Positions 28,353-37,164 of a stretch of DNA of 64,000 nt are shown piece by piece (within the stretch, counting starts at the first letter, position 1; each line of letters opens with the position of its first letter). The notes beneath the pieces are model-generated. The model made no database searches and was not told the DNA's origin. It saw nothing but the letters and a program-made list of their open reading frames with translations. Origin of the DNA: Polyangiaceae bacterium. Its GTDB lineage: Bacteria > Myxococcota_A > Polyangia > Polyangiales > Polyangiaceae. Both the position numbers and the translations under genes were made by a program. Location of the stretch: assembly GCA_965222375.1 (NCBI GenBank), contig CBDCTZ010000014.1:1248001-1312000 (forward strand). The letters are read 5' to 3'.

Positions 28353-29087
28353 ATGCGTACTGCTTTCACTGCTTCGTCGCTCGCTCTAATCTGCCTCGCT
28401 GTCGCCTGTGGCGGCGATGACACCAGCGATCTCGCAGGTGGTGGAGGCACGAGTTCTGGTGGTTCGAGTGGTGCAGCAGGCTCCGGTGGCACGGGTGCTC
28501 AGGCCGGCAGCGGCGGCACGAGTACGGGCGGCACTGCAGGCACAGGTGGCGGCGCGGGGAGCTCAGGCAGCGCTGGGGCCTCAGGTGCATCAGGCGCCGG
28601 AGGTGGCGCGGGCGCGGGCGGCGGCGCAGGCGCGGGCGGCGGCGCAGGCGCGGGTGGTGGCGCAGGTGCCGGTGGTGGCGCAGGCGCCGGTGGTGGCGCA
28701 GGCGCCGGTGGCACGGCGGGCGCAGGTGGAACGTCTGGCGCCGCGGGGAGCGGTGGCGTGATCGGAACCGGTGGCGCGCCGAACGACAAGGTGTGCAACA
28801 AGCTGAACGCCGACTACATCAAAGCCGTCACCGCGGCGAAGGCCTGCAAGTACGGCACGATCCCAGAGCCCTGCACTAGCAAAGTCAAGGGTGACCTCAA
28901 GTGCCAGTGCCCCACGTTCATCAACCCCGCGAACACGGCGGCGACCACCGAACTGACCAAGATCGAAGCCGAGTGGAAGTCGAAGGGCTGCAAGCCCAGC
29001 CTCACCTGCTTGTGCGCAAACCCGTCGAAGGGAACTTGCTACGCAGGTCCGGGTGGCCCCGCGAACGGTCAGTGCAGCGACAACTAG
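28353..29087 (+). CDS. Lipoprotein with (GAGAGG)n linker and Cys-rich C-terminal domain
   Basis: Lipobox AVAC-GGDD; 18-bp coding repeats; 10 Cys in the C-terminal domain. Confidence 0.85.
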   Translation: MRTAFTASSLALICLAVACGGDDTSDLAGGGGTSSGGSSGAAGSGGTGAQAGSGGTSTGGTAGTGGGAGSSGSAGASGASGAGGGAGAGGGAGAGGGAGAGGGAGAGGGAGAGGGAGAGGTAGAGGTSGAAGSGGVIGTGGAPNDKVCNKLNADYIKAVTAAKACKYGTIPEPCTSKVKGDLKCQCPTFINPANTAATTELTKIEAEWKSKGCKPSLTCLCANPSKGTCYAGPGGPANGQCSDN

Positions 29088-29220
29088 CCAGCTCCAGCTG
29101 ATGGGTGCACGTAGCGTCTGATCGGTGCAGCGACCGTGGGGTGTGGTGCGCGCGACGAAGCGCGAATGATGTGCGCCAGTGTCGGGAAGCGTCCGACGGC
29201 TGACACGCCGATGCGAAAAT

Positions 29221-29268
29221 CACACGCGCCCGTGGGCCGTCGCCAGACGGCTTTGGCGGCGCGTGTGC
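29221..29268. other. Intergenic hairpin (possible terminator or RNA-stability element)
   Basis: CACACGCGCC/GGCGCGTGTG 10 bp plus inner GCCGTC/GACGGC; no poly-U tail. Confidence 0.45.
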
Positions 29269-29299
29269 TGTGCCGGGCAGCCGCCAAGTCGCGATTCCC

Positions 29300-29308
29300 T
29301 GCTATCCT
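29300..29308 (+). promoter_or_regulatory. Extended -10 (TG-C-TATCCT) 7 nt before ATG 29316; likely leaderless transcript
   Basis: tgcTATCCTttgggtcATG, no SD. Confidence 0.55.
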
Positions 29309-29315
29309 TTGGGTC

Positions 29316-30401
29316 ATGACACGCTTATTTGCTTTCTTGGGGTTGGGGATTGGATTGACCGTCGGCTGTGGCGGAGACGACTTCTCGAGTGATGGTTCTG
29401 GGGGCGCCTCGGGAAACAGCGGGACGGGCAATGCGAGTGCCACCGGCGGCAGCGGCAACACCGCTGGCACGAGTGGTGCGGGTAACGCGGGCGGCAGCAG
29501 CGGAGCTGGCAATGCGGGTGGCACCAGCGGTGCCGGCAACGCCGCCGGCAGCGGAGGCGCGGGCAACGCTGCGGGCAGTGGTGGCTCGGGCGCCACAGGT
29601 GGTTCGACTGGTACCGGAGGGGACGCGAGCGGCGGAACGGGCGGGAGCGCGACCGGTGGCGCGACGGGAAGCGGGGGTGCAACCGGAACCGGCGGTAGCG
29701 CAACTGGAGGTGCAACCGGAACCGGTGGCAGCGCAACCGGGGGCACTGGTGGTACGGATTGCGCTGCCGTTAACAATCCCAATTTGAAGTTGCACAGCAC
29801 CCTCGACAATGCCGCGGCCGTCACGGGCCCCGCTGCCGGCAGCCCTGGATGGGTCAACAACGTCAGTTTCCCCGGGCCAGGAAAATGCGGCACAGGCGCC
29901 GCAGATTTCCCTGCTGGCGGCGGGCACGGTCTCAAGTTCCCAATTACCGGAGCCGTTCTGGCTGAGGGCAGTGTCGACTTCTATTTGAAGGCGAGTGATT
30001 TGTGCAGCGAAATCGGACCGAACAACCGATACTTGTTTCACAAGCCCGGCCCCGGGACAGGTCTGGCGATCACGTTGCTGGTACAGAACCCAGTTGCAGA
30101 GATTCATGTGGCCTACTCTCCGAACGCCACTGGGCCGTACACCGCGAAAGCTAGCTTCACATGCGATCTCAACAAGTGGACGCGCGTCACAGCGACGTGG
30201 AATTCGATGGTTGGCAACGTTCAGCCCGTTCAGCTGTACTTTGACGGGGTACTTCAGGACTCGTCGTCCACGGCGCCCACGGCGAGCGTGTCGGTGGCGG
30301 GGAATCCGAATTTCTACGTAGGCGCCAAAAGTGGCTACGTGCAGGGCGCCAACGCGAAGATCGATGAACTTAAAGTCTACGACGCGGTCATCACGCCCTG
30401 A
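29316..30401 (+). CDS. Lipoprotein with Gly/Thr-rich linker and LamG/concanavalin-A-like domain
   Basis: Lipobox TVGC-GGDD; EGSVDFY, WTRVTATWN, QLYFDG, IDELKVYD. Confidence 0.87.
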   Translation: MTRLFAFLGLGIGLTVGCGGDDFSSDGSGGASGNSGTGNASATGGSGNTAGTSGAGNAGGSSGAGNAGGTSGAGNAAGSGGAGNAAGSGGSGATGGSTGTGGDASGGTGGSATGGATGSGGATGTGGSATGGATGTGGSATGGTGGTDCAAVNNPNLKLHSTLDNAAAVTGPAAGSPGWVNNVSFPGPGKCGTGAADFPAGGGHGLKFPITGAVLAEGSVDFYLKASDLCSEIGPNNRYLFHKPGPGTGLAITLLVQNPVAEIHVAYSPNATGPYTAKASFTCDLNKWTRVTATWNSMVGNVQPVQLYFDGVLQDSSSTAPTASVSVAGNPNFYVGAKSGYVQGANAKIDELKVYDAVITP

Positions 30402-30428
30402 GGTGGACCTTGCGGCAGGAGCGAAATC

Positions 30429-31562
30429 TCAAGGCGCGGGCGCGACACGCTTTGCGATCGCCCAAACCCGACCCGCGTTGTCTACCCAGTACACGCAACT
30501 CGAATCCACGCTCAGATAGTCCAAGGACGAGAAGCCGTCTGCCAAGGTGACCACGTCGTTCGTGGCTAGATCCATGCGGAAGATCCCGGAGGTCTGCTTC
30601 GTGTCAAAGGTGGCCCAGAACAGCGCCTCCCCGTCCGTCGTGAGGCCGAGGGGGCTGCTCAGGTTGCTGACCAGCATGGTGGCCTGGCCGCCGGATTTCG
30701 AAATCCGGCCAACACTGCCGCAGTTCGGTCCGCAGGCAACCGTGAAGTAGATGCTGTCGTCGACCAAGGCGATGCCCCAGGGGCTCGTGATGTCCTGAGC
30801 CGTCAGACGCTCCCAGGGGCCACCAGATTTCGGAACGCGCCCCAGGGTGCTCGCGTGATTCAACGTGCCGTAGACGTGGGTTGCGTCTACGGCGATGGCG
30901 TGCGCAAAGATCTTGTCCTCTGCCACTTCTTGAGCAGGCGTGCCGCCACCGCGAACTGCGCGCTGCAGGCGTTCGCTCTGGAAGGTGCCCCAGAAGACGC
31001 TGTCGCGATCGATGGCCAGGGCCCAGGGCAGTTCGCCGCCACCGAGCTTGACGATGGGTTGGCCGGCGCGCCGCTCGAATACGCCCGCCGAGCTGGCCCA
31101 ATACACCGCCGTGCTATCCGCGGCGATGCGCTGCACCCAGCCCTGCCCCTCAGCTTCGACTTGGATTGCCCCACCCGTTTTGGACACCGACGAGATGGTG
31201 CCCTTCTGCGACCAGTACACGCGGGTCGCGTCGTTGGCGATGCCACGGGGTTGGGTGGGCAGCCCGCTGGCCAAGAGCCGAGCTGGCTCGCCCCGCTTGC
31301 AGAACTCCGCCTCGGAAGCACAGCGGAACACACGGCACACCTTGCCGCAGCACTGTGAGCCGTCTTGGCAGGGCACGCCGTCCGCGCGGCAGGTTGTTGC
31401 GACGTCTTCGCTCGCGTCCGGCACGCCACCGGCGTCCTCAGCAGGTGTGTTCTCGTCCTGTAGCAAGCCGCTTCGAGACCCGCAGCCCGCGGCCAAGACC
31501 GACACGAGTCCCACCCAAGCCAAGGAGATTAGGTGCAGCCTCCAGCCCACGGGCATGTCCAT
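30429..31562 (-). CDS. Lipoprotein with a small Cys knot and beta-propeller (DUF5050-like D..VYW repeats)
   Basis: Lipobox AAGC-GSRSGL; repeats DATRVYW, DSTAVYW, DRDSVFW, DSSCVYW. Confidence 0.87.
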   Translation of the reverse strand: MDMPVGWRLHLISLAWVGLVSVLAAGCGSRSGLLQDENTPAEDAGGVPDASEDVATTCRADGVPCQDGSQCCGKVCRVFRCASEAEFCKRGEPARLLASGLPTQPRGIANDATRVYWSQKGTISSVSKTGGAIQVEAEGQGWVQRIAADSTAVYWASSAGVFERRAGQPIVKLGGGELPWALAIDRDSVFWGTFQSERLQRAVRGGGTPAQEVAEDKIFAHAIAVDATHVYGTLNHASTLGRVPKSGGPWERLTAQDITSPWGIALVDDSIYFTVACGPNCGSVGRISKSGGQATMLVSNLSSPLGLTTDGEALFWATFDTKQTSGIFRMDLATNDVVTLADGFSSLDYLSVDSSCVYWVDNAGRVWAIAKRVAPAP

Positions 31563-31594
31563 AGCACGAGTCTGCCCGCGGTTTCGAAGCCAGT

Positions 31595-32482
31595 TCAGCA
31601 GGGGCCTTCGAGCTTGATGATGACCTCTCGAATCACGGGCGGATTGACGGGCCGGTTGCGCGTTGTCCCGACCGGCAATTTGGCGATGCGGTCGACCACG
31701 TCGCTGGGGGCGCATTGGCCGAAGGCGGTGTAGCGGCCGGCAAGGTGGACCGCGGGCTTGTGCACGATGAAGAACTGCATGCCGTTCGTGTTTGGCCCGC
31801 GGTTCGCCATGAACAACGTGCCCATCGTGCCAGCACCGACGTTTTCGTCGATCTCGTCGGGCACCACGTAGCCGGGATCTCCGGTTCCCGTGCCGCTGGG
31901 GTCGCCGCCCTGAATCATGAAGTTGACAACGATTCGATGGAAGATCACGCCATTGTAGGCGGGCTGGGTGAGCCACGTCTGCGTTTGCGGATCACGAAAT
32001 GGGCGCAGGCCTCGGGCGAGGCCGACGAAATTCGCGACCGTCAGCGGCGCGATCTGGTCCCAAAGTTCGCAATGCAGCGTTCCGTGGCTGGTGACCAGGG
32101 TTGCGCTCAGGGGAAAGCCGCCACTGAGCCCCTCGATGGCATCTGCCATGCCGAATTGGCCGCGGAGCGGATCGTCGGGACTGACGGGGACTTCCTTGGT
32201 CGGGCGGATGGCCTTCGGTGTGCGTGGGGTGGGCTGACAGCGCGTGGCCTCCGCGACCAGAGATTCTTCCTCCGGCTGCCGCGGTTTTTCTGGTTTCGGA
32301 ACTCGCACCATCGGTTCCGGGGCACGCGGCGCTACCACGCCGTTTTCCGCACAGGCTCCAAGAGCCAGCCCTGAAAGCGCGAGCGGTAGGGCGAGATTAG
32401 GGCGCAAGCTGGGACCAGGGCCGCGACCCCAAAAACCAATGCCATTCAGTTTCGTCGTCACCTGCTCGCAGCCTACAGCCAT
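31595..32482 (-). CDS. Cyclophilin-type peptidyl-prolyl cis-trans isomerase (probable lipoprotein)
   Basis: APLTVANFVGLA, FHRIVVNFMIQGGDP, MANRGPNTNGMQFFI, YTAFG; lipobox LGAC; true start probably downstream of 32482. Confidence 0.93.
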   Translation of the reverse strand: MAVGCEQVTTKLNGIGFWGRGPGPSLRPNLALPLALSGLALGACAENGVVAPRAPEPMVRVPKPEKPRQPEEESLVAEATRCQPTPRTPKAIRPTKEVPVSPDDPLRGQFGMADAIEGLSGGFPLSATLVTSHGTLHCELWDQIAPLTVANFVGLARGLRPFRDPQTQTWLTQPAYNGVIFHRIVVNFMIQGGDPSGTGTGDPGYVVPDEIDENVGAGTMGTLFMANRGPNTNGMQFFIVHKPAVHLAGRYTAFGQCAPSDVVDRIAKLPVGTTRNRPVNPPVIREVIIKLEGPC

Positions 32483-32594
32483 TGTGCGGAAAATGTGGGT
32501 TCTGTTCGGGGCTGGCGCGTCCCACTAGAACCGCTCCCGGGCGGCTCTGCGCGGGGTTGTCGGCTGCTCTGGGGCGAGTAGTCTGCGGGCGCTC

Positions 32595-33662
32595 ATGGTT
32601 TCCAAGCTCATCCGGTCGAACATCTCTGCGCGAAGCTGCCTTGCCATCTTGGCGGCAGCCCTTGGAGGTTGCGGCGCAGGCGGTCAACAGACGAAAACCC
32701 AGACTGGCGCAAATTCGGTTGCGGACACCGCCGGGACCGAGGCTCCGGAGGCTGCTGCCGGGGGAGGTGTTGCGTTCTCGCCGCAGGTCATCGTGGGGAG
32801 CAACTTTGGCTGCTGGTTGAAGGCGGACAAGAGCGTGGTGTGTTGGGGCTCTTTGGAGAAGGACGTGCCGACGGACAAGTTCACGCAGATCGCCGCGGCC
32901 TCGTTCCACGCCTGCGGCGTTACGTTGGCAGGTGAAGCCAAGTGCTGGGGTGCGCAGGCAGCCGCGCCGACAGGCAAGTTCAATCAAGTCGCGGCGGGCG
33001 ACCACGCTAGCTGCGGGATACAATTGGATGGCGAGCTCGTGTGCTGGGGCGCAAAAGGCAACACTCAGTACGCGGCGGACTTGGTCGAAAAGTGCGGCAG
33101 CACCGAGGACCACGACGAGTGTGAGGAGTTCTCTTGGCTCGGAATGCGTTTGGTGATGAAGCGCCCAACGGGCAAGTTCAAGCGGGTCGCGGTCGGCGGG
33201 CGCCATGCCTGCGCTCTGACGCTGGATGGAGTGGCGAAGTGCTGGGCGCCTTCCGAGGAAGATGAAGACGAGGCGGGCGCACGGGAAGTGGACGACATTG
33301 CCCTTCCCGCGGGCAACTACCGCCAGATCACTGCGGGTTTCCTCCACACCTGCGGCATCCGAAAGTCCAGCGGCTCTGCGGGCGAAGTCGTTTGCGCCGG
33401 GGGCGTAGAGGGGCAGAGCGAGCCAGGGCCTTCCGCCTCGACGGCGGTGCTGGTCGCGGCAGGCGTGCTCAATACCTGCGGCGTGCTGGCGGACCAGAGC
33501 ATCGCTTGTTGGGGCTCGAAAGAAAGCGGCGCGACCAGCACGCCGCCGGGAAAATTTGTGCACGTCGCAGCGGGCTTACACGTGGGTTGCGCTCTGCCGA
33601 AAGACGGAGCCCCCGTGTGTTGGGGAGATCGAAACAGCTCTGCCGCGCAGCCGCCAAAGTGA
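32595..33662 (+). CDS. RCC1/BLIP-II repeat lipoprotein
   Basis: Lipobox LGGC; repeats F.QIAAG..HACG...G...CWG. Confidence 0.9.
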   Translation: MVSKLIRSNISARSCLAILAAALGGCGAGGQQTKTQTGANSVADTAGTEAPEAAAGGGVAFSPQVIVGSNFGCWLKADKSVVCWGSLEKDVPTDKFTQIAAASFHACGVTLAGEAKCWGAQAAAPTGKFNQVAAGDHASCGIQLDGELVCWGAKGNTQYAADLVEKCGSTEDHDECEEFSWLGMRLVMKRPTGKFKRVAVGGRHACALTLDGVAKCWAPSEEDEDEAGAREVDDIALPAGNYRQITAGFLHTCGIRKSSGSAGEVVCAGGVEGQSEPGPSASTAVLVAAGVLNTCGVLADQSIACWGSKESGATSTPPGKFVHVAAGLHVGCALPKDGAPVCWGDRNSSAAQPPK

Positions 33663-33800
33663 AGAGCCGCCACACCTGAATTTTCCATCGCGGCTGCAGA
33701 CATCGCGAATGTGGCCATGATGGATGTCGCGCCGCGCGCAACGACAGAGCGGTGCGCGTGCTAGCATGTACGCTGTTGTCCTGAAGTGTAGGAGGTCGAT

Positions 33801-35096
33801 GTGACAGCAGCGCGCACTGCAAAAATTGGTTTGGTCATGGCGCTTGCCCTCTTCGCTCCTCAGGCCGCGGGCGTAAACGAGATCCCAACGATCCCGCCAC
33901 CGCCACCCTGCGCCGACGTCAACTCGGGCTTCACGAACGACAACTGCGGTGCTTCTTTCACCAACGGCAACATCGAATTCTGTTTTTCTGACACCGCACC
34001 GAGCGGTTACAACAGCAAAGACGGCGGAGACGGTCAGCTATGGGTGCTTGGCAAAGACACCCAACCCGACTGCGGAATCGTCAAAGTCAAAGAGACGGGC
34101 TACTACGCCATTTTCGATTCGGAGCTCTCCGAGAGTTGCGCCGATCAGAAGGACGAGACTGGCTATCTGACTGTGCATAACGGCTGCAACCCGGACGGCT
34201 GGGCGGTGGAGCGCAACGTAGGCGACCGCTATCTGGTCAAAGACCTGGACAACGAGGGTGGCGGCTGCAAATCAGATCCCGAGTGTGGACCAGGCAAGGT
34301 GTGTCGCGAGGGCACGAATCACGGCAACTGCTGTGTGCCCGATGAACCCGTCTACATGGGCACGTACCTGCTCTCGGCAGACGAAGACAACGTGATCTGC
34401 CTGCACCATTGGTGCCCAGAGTGGAAGGCCGAGTTGGCCAAGGGTAACGATCTGGGATGGGTGCATGACCCGGCGAACCCGAGCAAGAACTGTTCGAGCG
34501 CGGACTCGATTCATTTCAAGATCGCGGCGACCGCGATCGTGTGCAACCAACGCGGCTACCTACAAGCTTGCTCCGGCGGTTGTGAGAAGGGCGATTGCAA
34601 GCCGCATCCGTGTGCGAACAAGCAGTGCCCCGAGTTCTGTCGCCAAAACGGCGATGAGGGTGAGTGCGTATCTGAGAACCCCTGTAAGGGTGTGCCTTGC
34701 GCCAACGGCTGCGCCTGGGGTCTGTGCTTGCAGGGCAAAGACGCAAAAGGCGCAGACAAAGACGGGGACGGTTACAGCGAGCTGGCCGATTGCAACGACA
34801 ACGATCCGAACATCAATCCGGGTGTCCCCGAGGATTGCGATAGCCCCAACGACAAGAACTGCGACGGTCGAGCCGACTGCCCCGCTGCGGTGCCCGATGG
34901 GGGCATCATCGTGCCTGGGACCGGGGGCTCGGGTGCCAACACGGCTGTGAACCCGGGCGGCACCGAAAGTGGCGACGACGCAGGATGCGCGTGTCGCGCA
35001 GCCGGTGGTCCATCGGGCTCGTTGCTATTTTTGGCACTCGGCGCCGTAGTTGGGCTGGTCGCTCGGCTGCGTCGGCGACGCCGCGGGCTTCGCTGA
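33801..35096 (+). CDS. Cys-rich secreted protein with MopE-like metal-binding motif and MYXO-CTERM sorting signal
   Basis: AGGAGG SD; DKDGDGY..DCNDND..INPG..E.CD..D.NCDG; GCACRAAG..hydrophobic..RRRRR. Confidence 0.88.
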   Translation: MTAARTAKIGLVMALALFAPQAAGVNEIPTIPPPPPCADVNSGFTNDNCGASFTNGNIEFCFSDTAPSGYNSKDGGDGQLWVLGKDTQPDCGIVKVKETGYYAIFDSELSESCADQKDETGYLTVHNGCNPDGWAVERNVGDRYLVKDLDNEGGGCKSDPECGPGKVCREGTNHGNCCVPDEPVYMGTYLLSADEDNVICLHHWCPEWKAELAKGNDLGWVHDPANPSKNCSSADSIHFKIAATAIVCNQRGYLQACSGGCEKGDCKPHPCANKQCPEFCRQNGDEGECVSENPCKGVPCANGCAWGLCLQGKDAKGADKDGDGYSELADCNDNDPNINPGVPEDCDSPNDKNCDGRADCPAAVPDGGIIVPGTGGSGANTAVNPGGTESGDDAGCACRAAGGPSGSLLFLALGAVVGLVARLRRRRRGLR

Positions 35097-35130
35097 AGCG
35101 CACCGTGGCTGGCGCCGCGGCGTCGCTTCA

Positions 35131-36129
35131 TCAGAAGCGACCGCGACCGACCAGCATCGTGGACGAGCCGGTCGAGCGCACACCTACGGCGACTTCCGAG
35201 GAGCTGCTCTTGGGCCGGCTGAGCACCAAGTAAGTGCCGGCTCCGACGCCGACGACGCCAACAATGAAGCCGATGGTCGAGATCTGTGCGGCGTCGATGG
35301 CCTCTTCCCGCAAATCGAAGCCCGTCTGATTGCAGGTGTTGCCGGAACAGTGTTGCTCCGCGTCGGAGTTCTTTGAACTTGCGCGAAGACCGAAGAACGC
35401 GCCCACACCTAGCCCCACAGCGCCGACTCCGAAGGCAGCGATGGCGAGGGGCGGAACCGCGGCTGGCTCCTCGGATTTCTCCGGCGCGGGGGGAGCAGGC
35501 GGTGGTGGTGGTGGCGCCGCGACGGGCTCGGGTTCTGGCGGCGGGATCTCCACGAGCTTCGGAATTGTCAAGCTTGGGATCTTGTTCTTCTCGATGGTGA
35601 CGGTTTTCGTGAAGGGTTCGTAGCCTTCGGCGGTCGCTTTTACCTGCTGTTCACCGGGGTCCGCCGACACGGCCGTGCCATATTCTTCGGGGAGCAGCTC
35701 GCGGCCCCCGATGCTGACTTTGAGACCGGGTACGGGCTCCGCCACCTCGATGCGAACGTGCATCAGGCGATCTTCCAACCGCCTCGCCTTCTTCTCTGCC
35801 CGACGTTGCCTTCGCTTTTCACCCGCTTGGGCTGCGAGGGCTGCGAGATCCAGGTACTGCTGCCAAGCGGTGGCCGTGCGTCCGCGGATTTCGTTGCAGC
35901 TGGCGAGGTGGGAGAGGGTTTCCGTGCTTTCGGCTAGCCGCTGACTTTCGGCAAGCCGTTCGCAGGCTTGGTCGTAGGCCCTCTTCTTCAGCAGGGCCCG
36001 ACCCTCTTTGTAGAGTTCTTTGGCGCGGGCGTCGTTTTCAGCTGCGATCACCGCTTCGGCCTGAAGCAACAGCAGAAGTGCCCCGGACAGGGCGACCCAG
36101 CGCGGGCAGCAGGCGCTGGTGGCGCTCAC
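35131..36129 (-). CDS. TPR plus PEGA-like domain protein (myxobacterial)
   Basis: AKELYKEGR..AC..LAES..LASCNE..G.TATAW; DPG...V.ATAEGY; C-terminal hydrophobic hairpin with C....C; start inferred. Confidence 0.85.
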   Translation of the reverse strand: MSATSACCPRWVALSGALLLLLQAEAVIAAENDARAKELYKEGRALLKKRAYDQACERLAESQRLAESTETLSHLASCNEIRGRTATAWQQYLDLAALAAQAGEKRRQRRAEKKARRLEDRLMHVRIEVAEPVPGLKVSIGGRELLPEEYGTAVSADPGEQQVKATAEGYEPFTKTVTIEKNKIPSLTIPKLVEIPPPEPEPVAAPPPPPPAPPAPEKSEEPAAVPPLAIAAFGVGAVGLGVGAFFGLRASSKNSDAEQHCSGNTCNQTGFDLREEAIDAAQISTIGFIVGVVGVGAGTYLVLSRPKSSSSEVAVGVRSTGSSTMLVGRGRF

Positions 36130-36148
36130 CGGGACGGCCTCAACCCGC

Positions 36149-37102
36149 TCATGACATCCCGAAATCCTCTTCGGAGACTTCGTCGTCGAACAAGTCGTCG
36201 TCGTCGCCGCCGTCTTCACCGGCGACATCGACCCAGTCCTTGGAGTCTGGAGGCAAGCTGCCGCCTTTGGGCTTTGCTCCTGCATCGGTCCCGTTGCCCG
36301 CATCGTCGGCGGGCGTGGAAGGCGCTGCTGCTTCCACGGGTTTTTTAGGCTCGGGTTCGGCCTTGGGCGTTTCCACGTAGCCGTGGGTCACGGCAATCTT
36401 CTCAGCAATCACGCTCTTGTAGATGTGGGGCAGGGGCACGTATTCGACCAGCACGAAGGGTGGCATTTCGGCGAGAAGATCCACTTCCGTGAATGGCGAG
36501 CTGGACTTGGACTTCGACAGTGCGCCCTCGATGATCTTGCCCAACTCGGTCTTTGGAAGGCGCTTCGCCATTTCCGCCACGGTGATGCCCTCGACTACGT
36601 CTTCGTGGGTCACCAGATTGTCCAGCAAGGCGCGCTCCAACATGAACGCCGTGTGCTCCTTGCTGATTCGGTGCTTGTCTTGATCCGATTGGGACACACC
36701 CCAGAACTCACCCTCGATCAAGAATTGCCAGATCTTCTTGCCGTCCAGGAATCGCACCCGATCGTCGGGCTTGAACACGCCGACGATGGACTCGCAATCA
36801 GTTTCACCTTCATCCAGAGCGATCTGCAGATCCTCGGCAGCAGACTGCCAGGACTTTCGCGCTGCGATCTTCTGCTTGAGCCCGGTCGTGAGCACCAGAA
36901 TGCTGGCGCGAAGGCGGGGCTGGTGTGCCAAACCCTCCATGATCGCCTCGGGCGGAAAGTGCCGGACGAAGTCTTCGGGTGTGCGCCGGCCGCTCTCCAG
37001 GGCATGCTCGATGGCGTGAGCAAGGAAGCGATCCTTGCCGTGTTCGAGGCGCGACTTGAATCGCTTGTCGTCAATGGTGGTTGACTTTTGGGTATCGCTC
37101 AT
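36149..37102 (-). CDS. Hypothetical protein with about 4 imperfect helical repeats and an acidic tail
   Basis: GGAG SD; repeats ALESGRRTPEDFV, ALDEGETDCESIV, ALLDNLVTHEDVV. Confidence 0.8.
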   Translation of the reverse strand: MSDTQKSTTIDDKRFKSRLEHGKDRFLAHAIEHALESGRRTPEDFVRHFPPEAIMEGLAHQPRLRASILVLTTGLKQKIAARKSWQSAAEDLQIALDEGETDCESIVGVFKPDDRVRFLDGKKIWQFLIEGEFWGVSQSDQDKHRISKEHTAFMLERALLDNLVTHEDVVEGITVAEMAKRLPKTELGKIIEGALSKSKSSSPFTEVDLLAEMPPFVLVEYVPLPHIYKSVIAEKIAVTHGYVETPKAEPEPKKPVEAAAPSTPADDAGNGTDAGAKPKGGSLPPDSKDWVDVAGEDGGDDDDLFDDEVSEEDFGMS

Positions 37103-37164
37103 TGGGGCAACTCCGGTGTCCGGGATCATCTGATTACAGATCAAGCCTTGGCGCGGGTCCAGCC

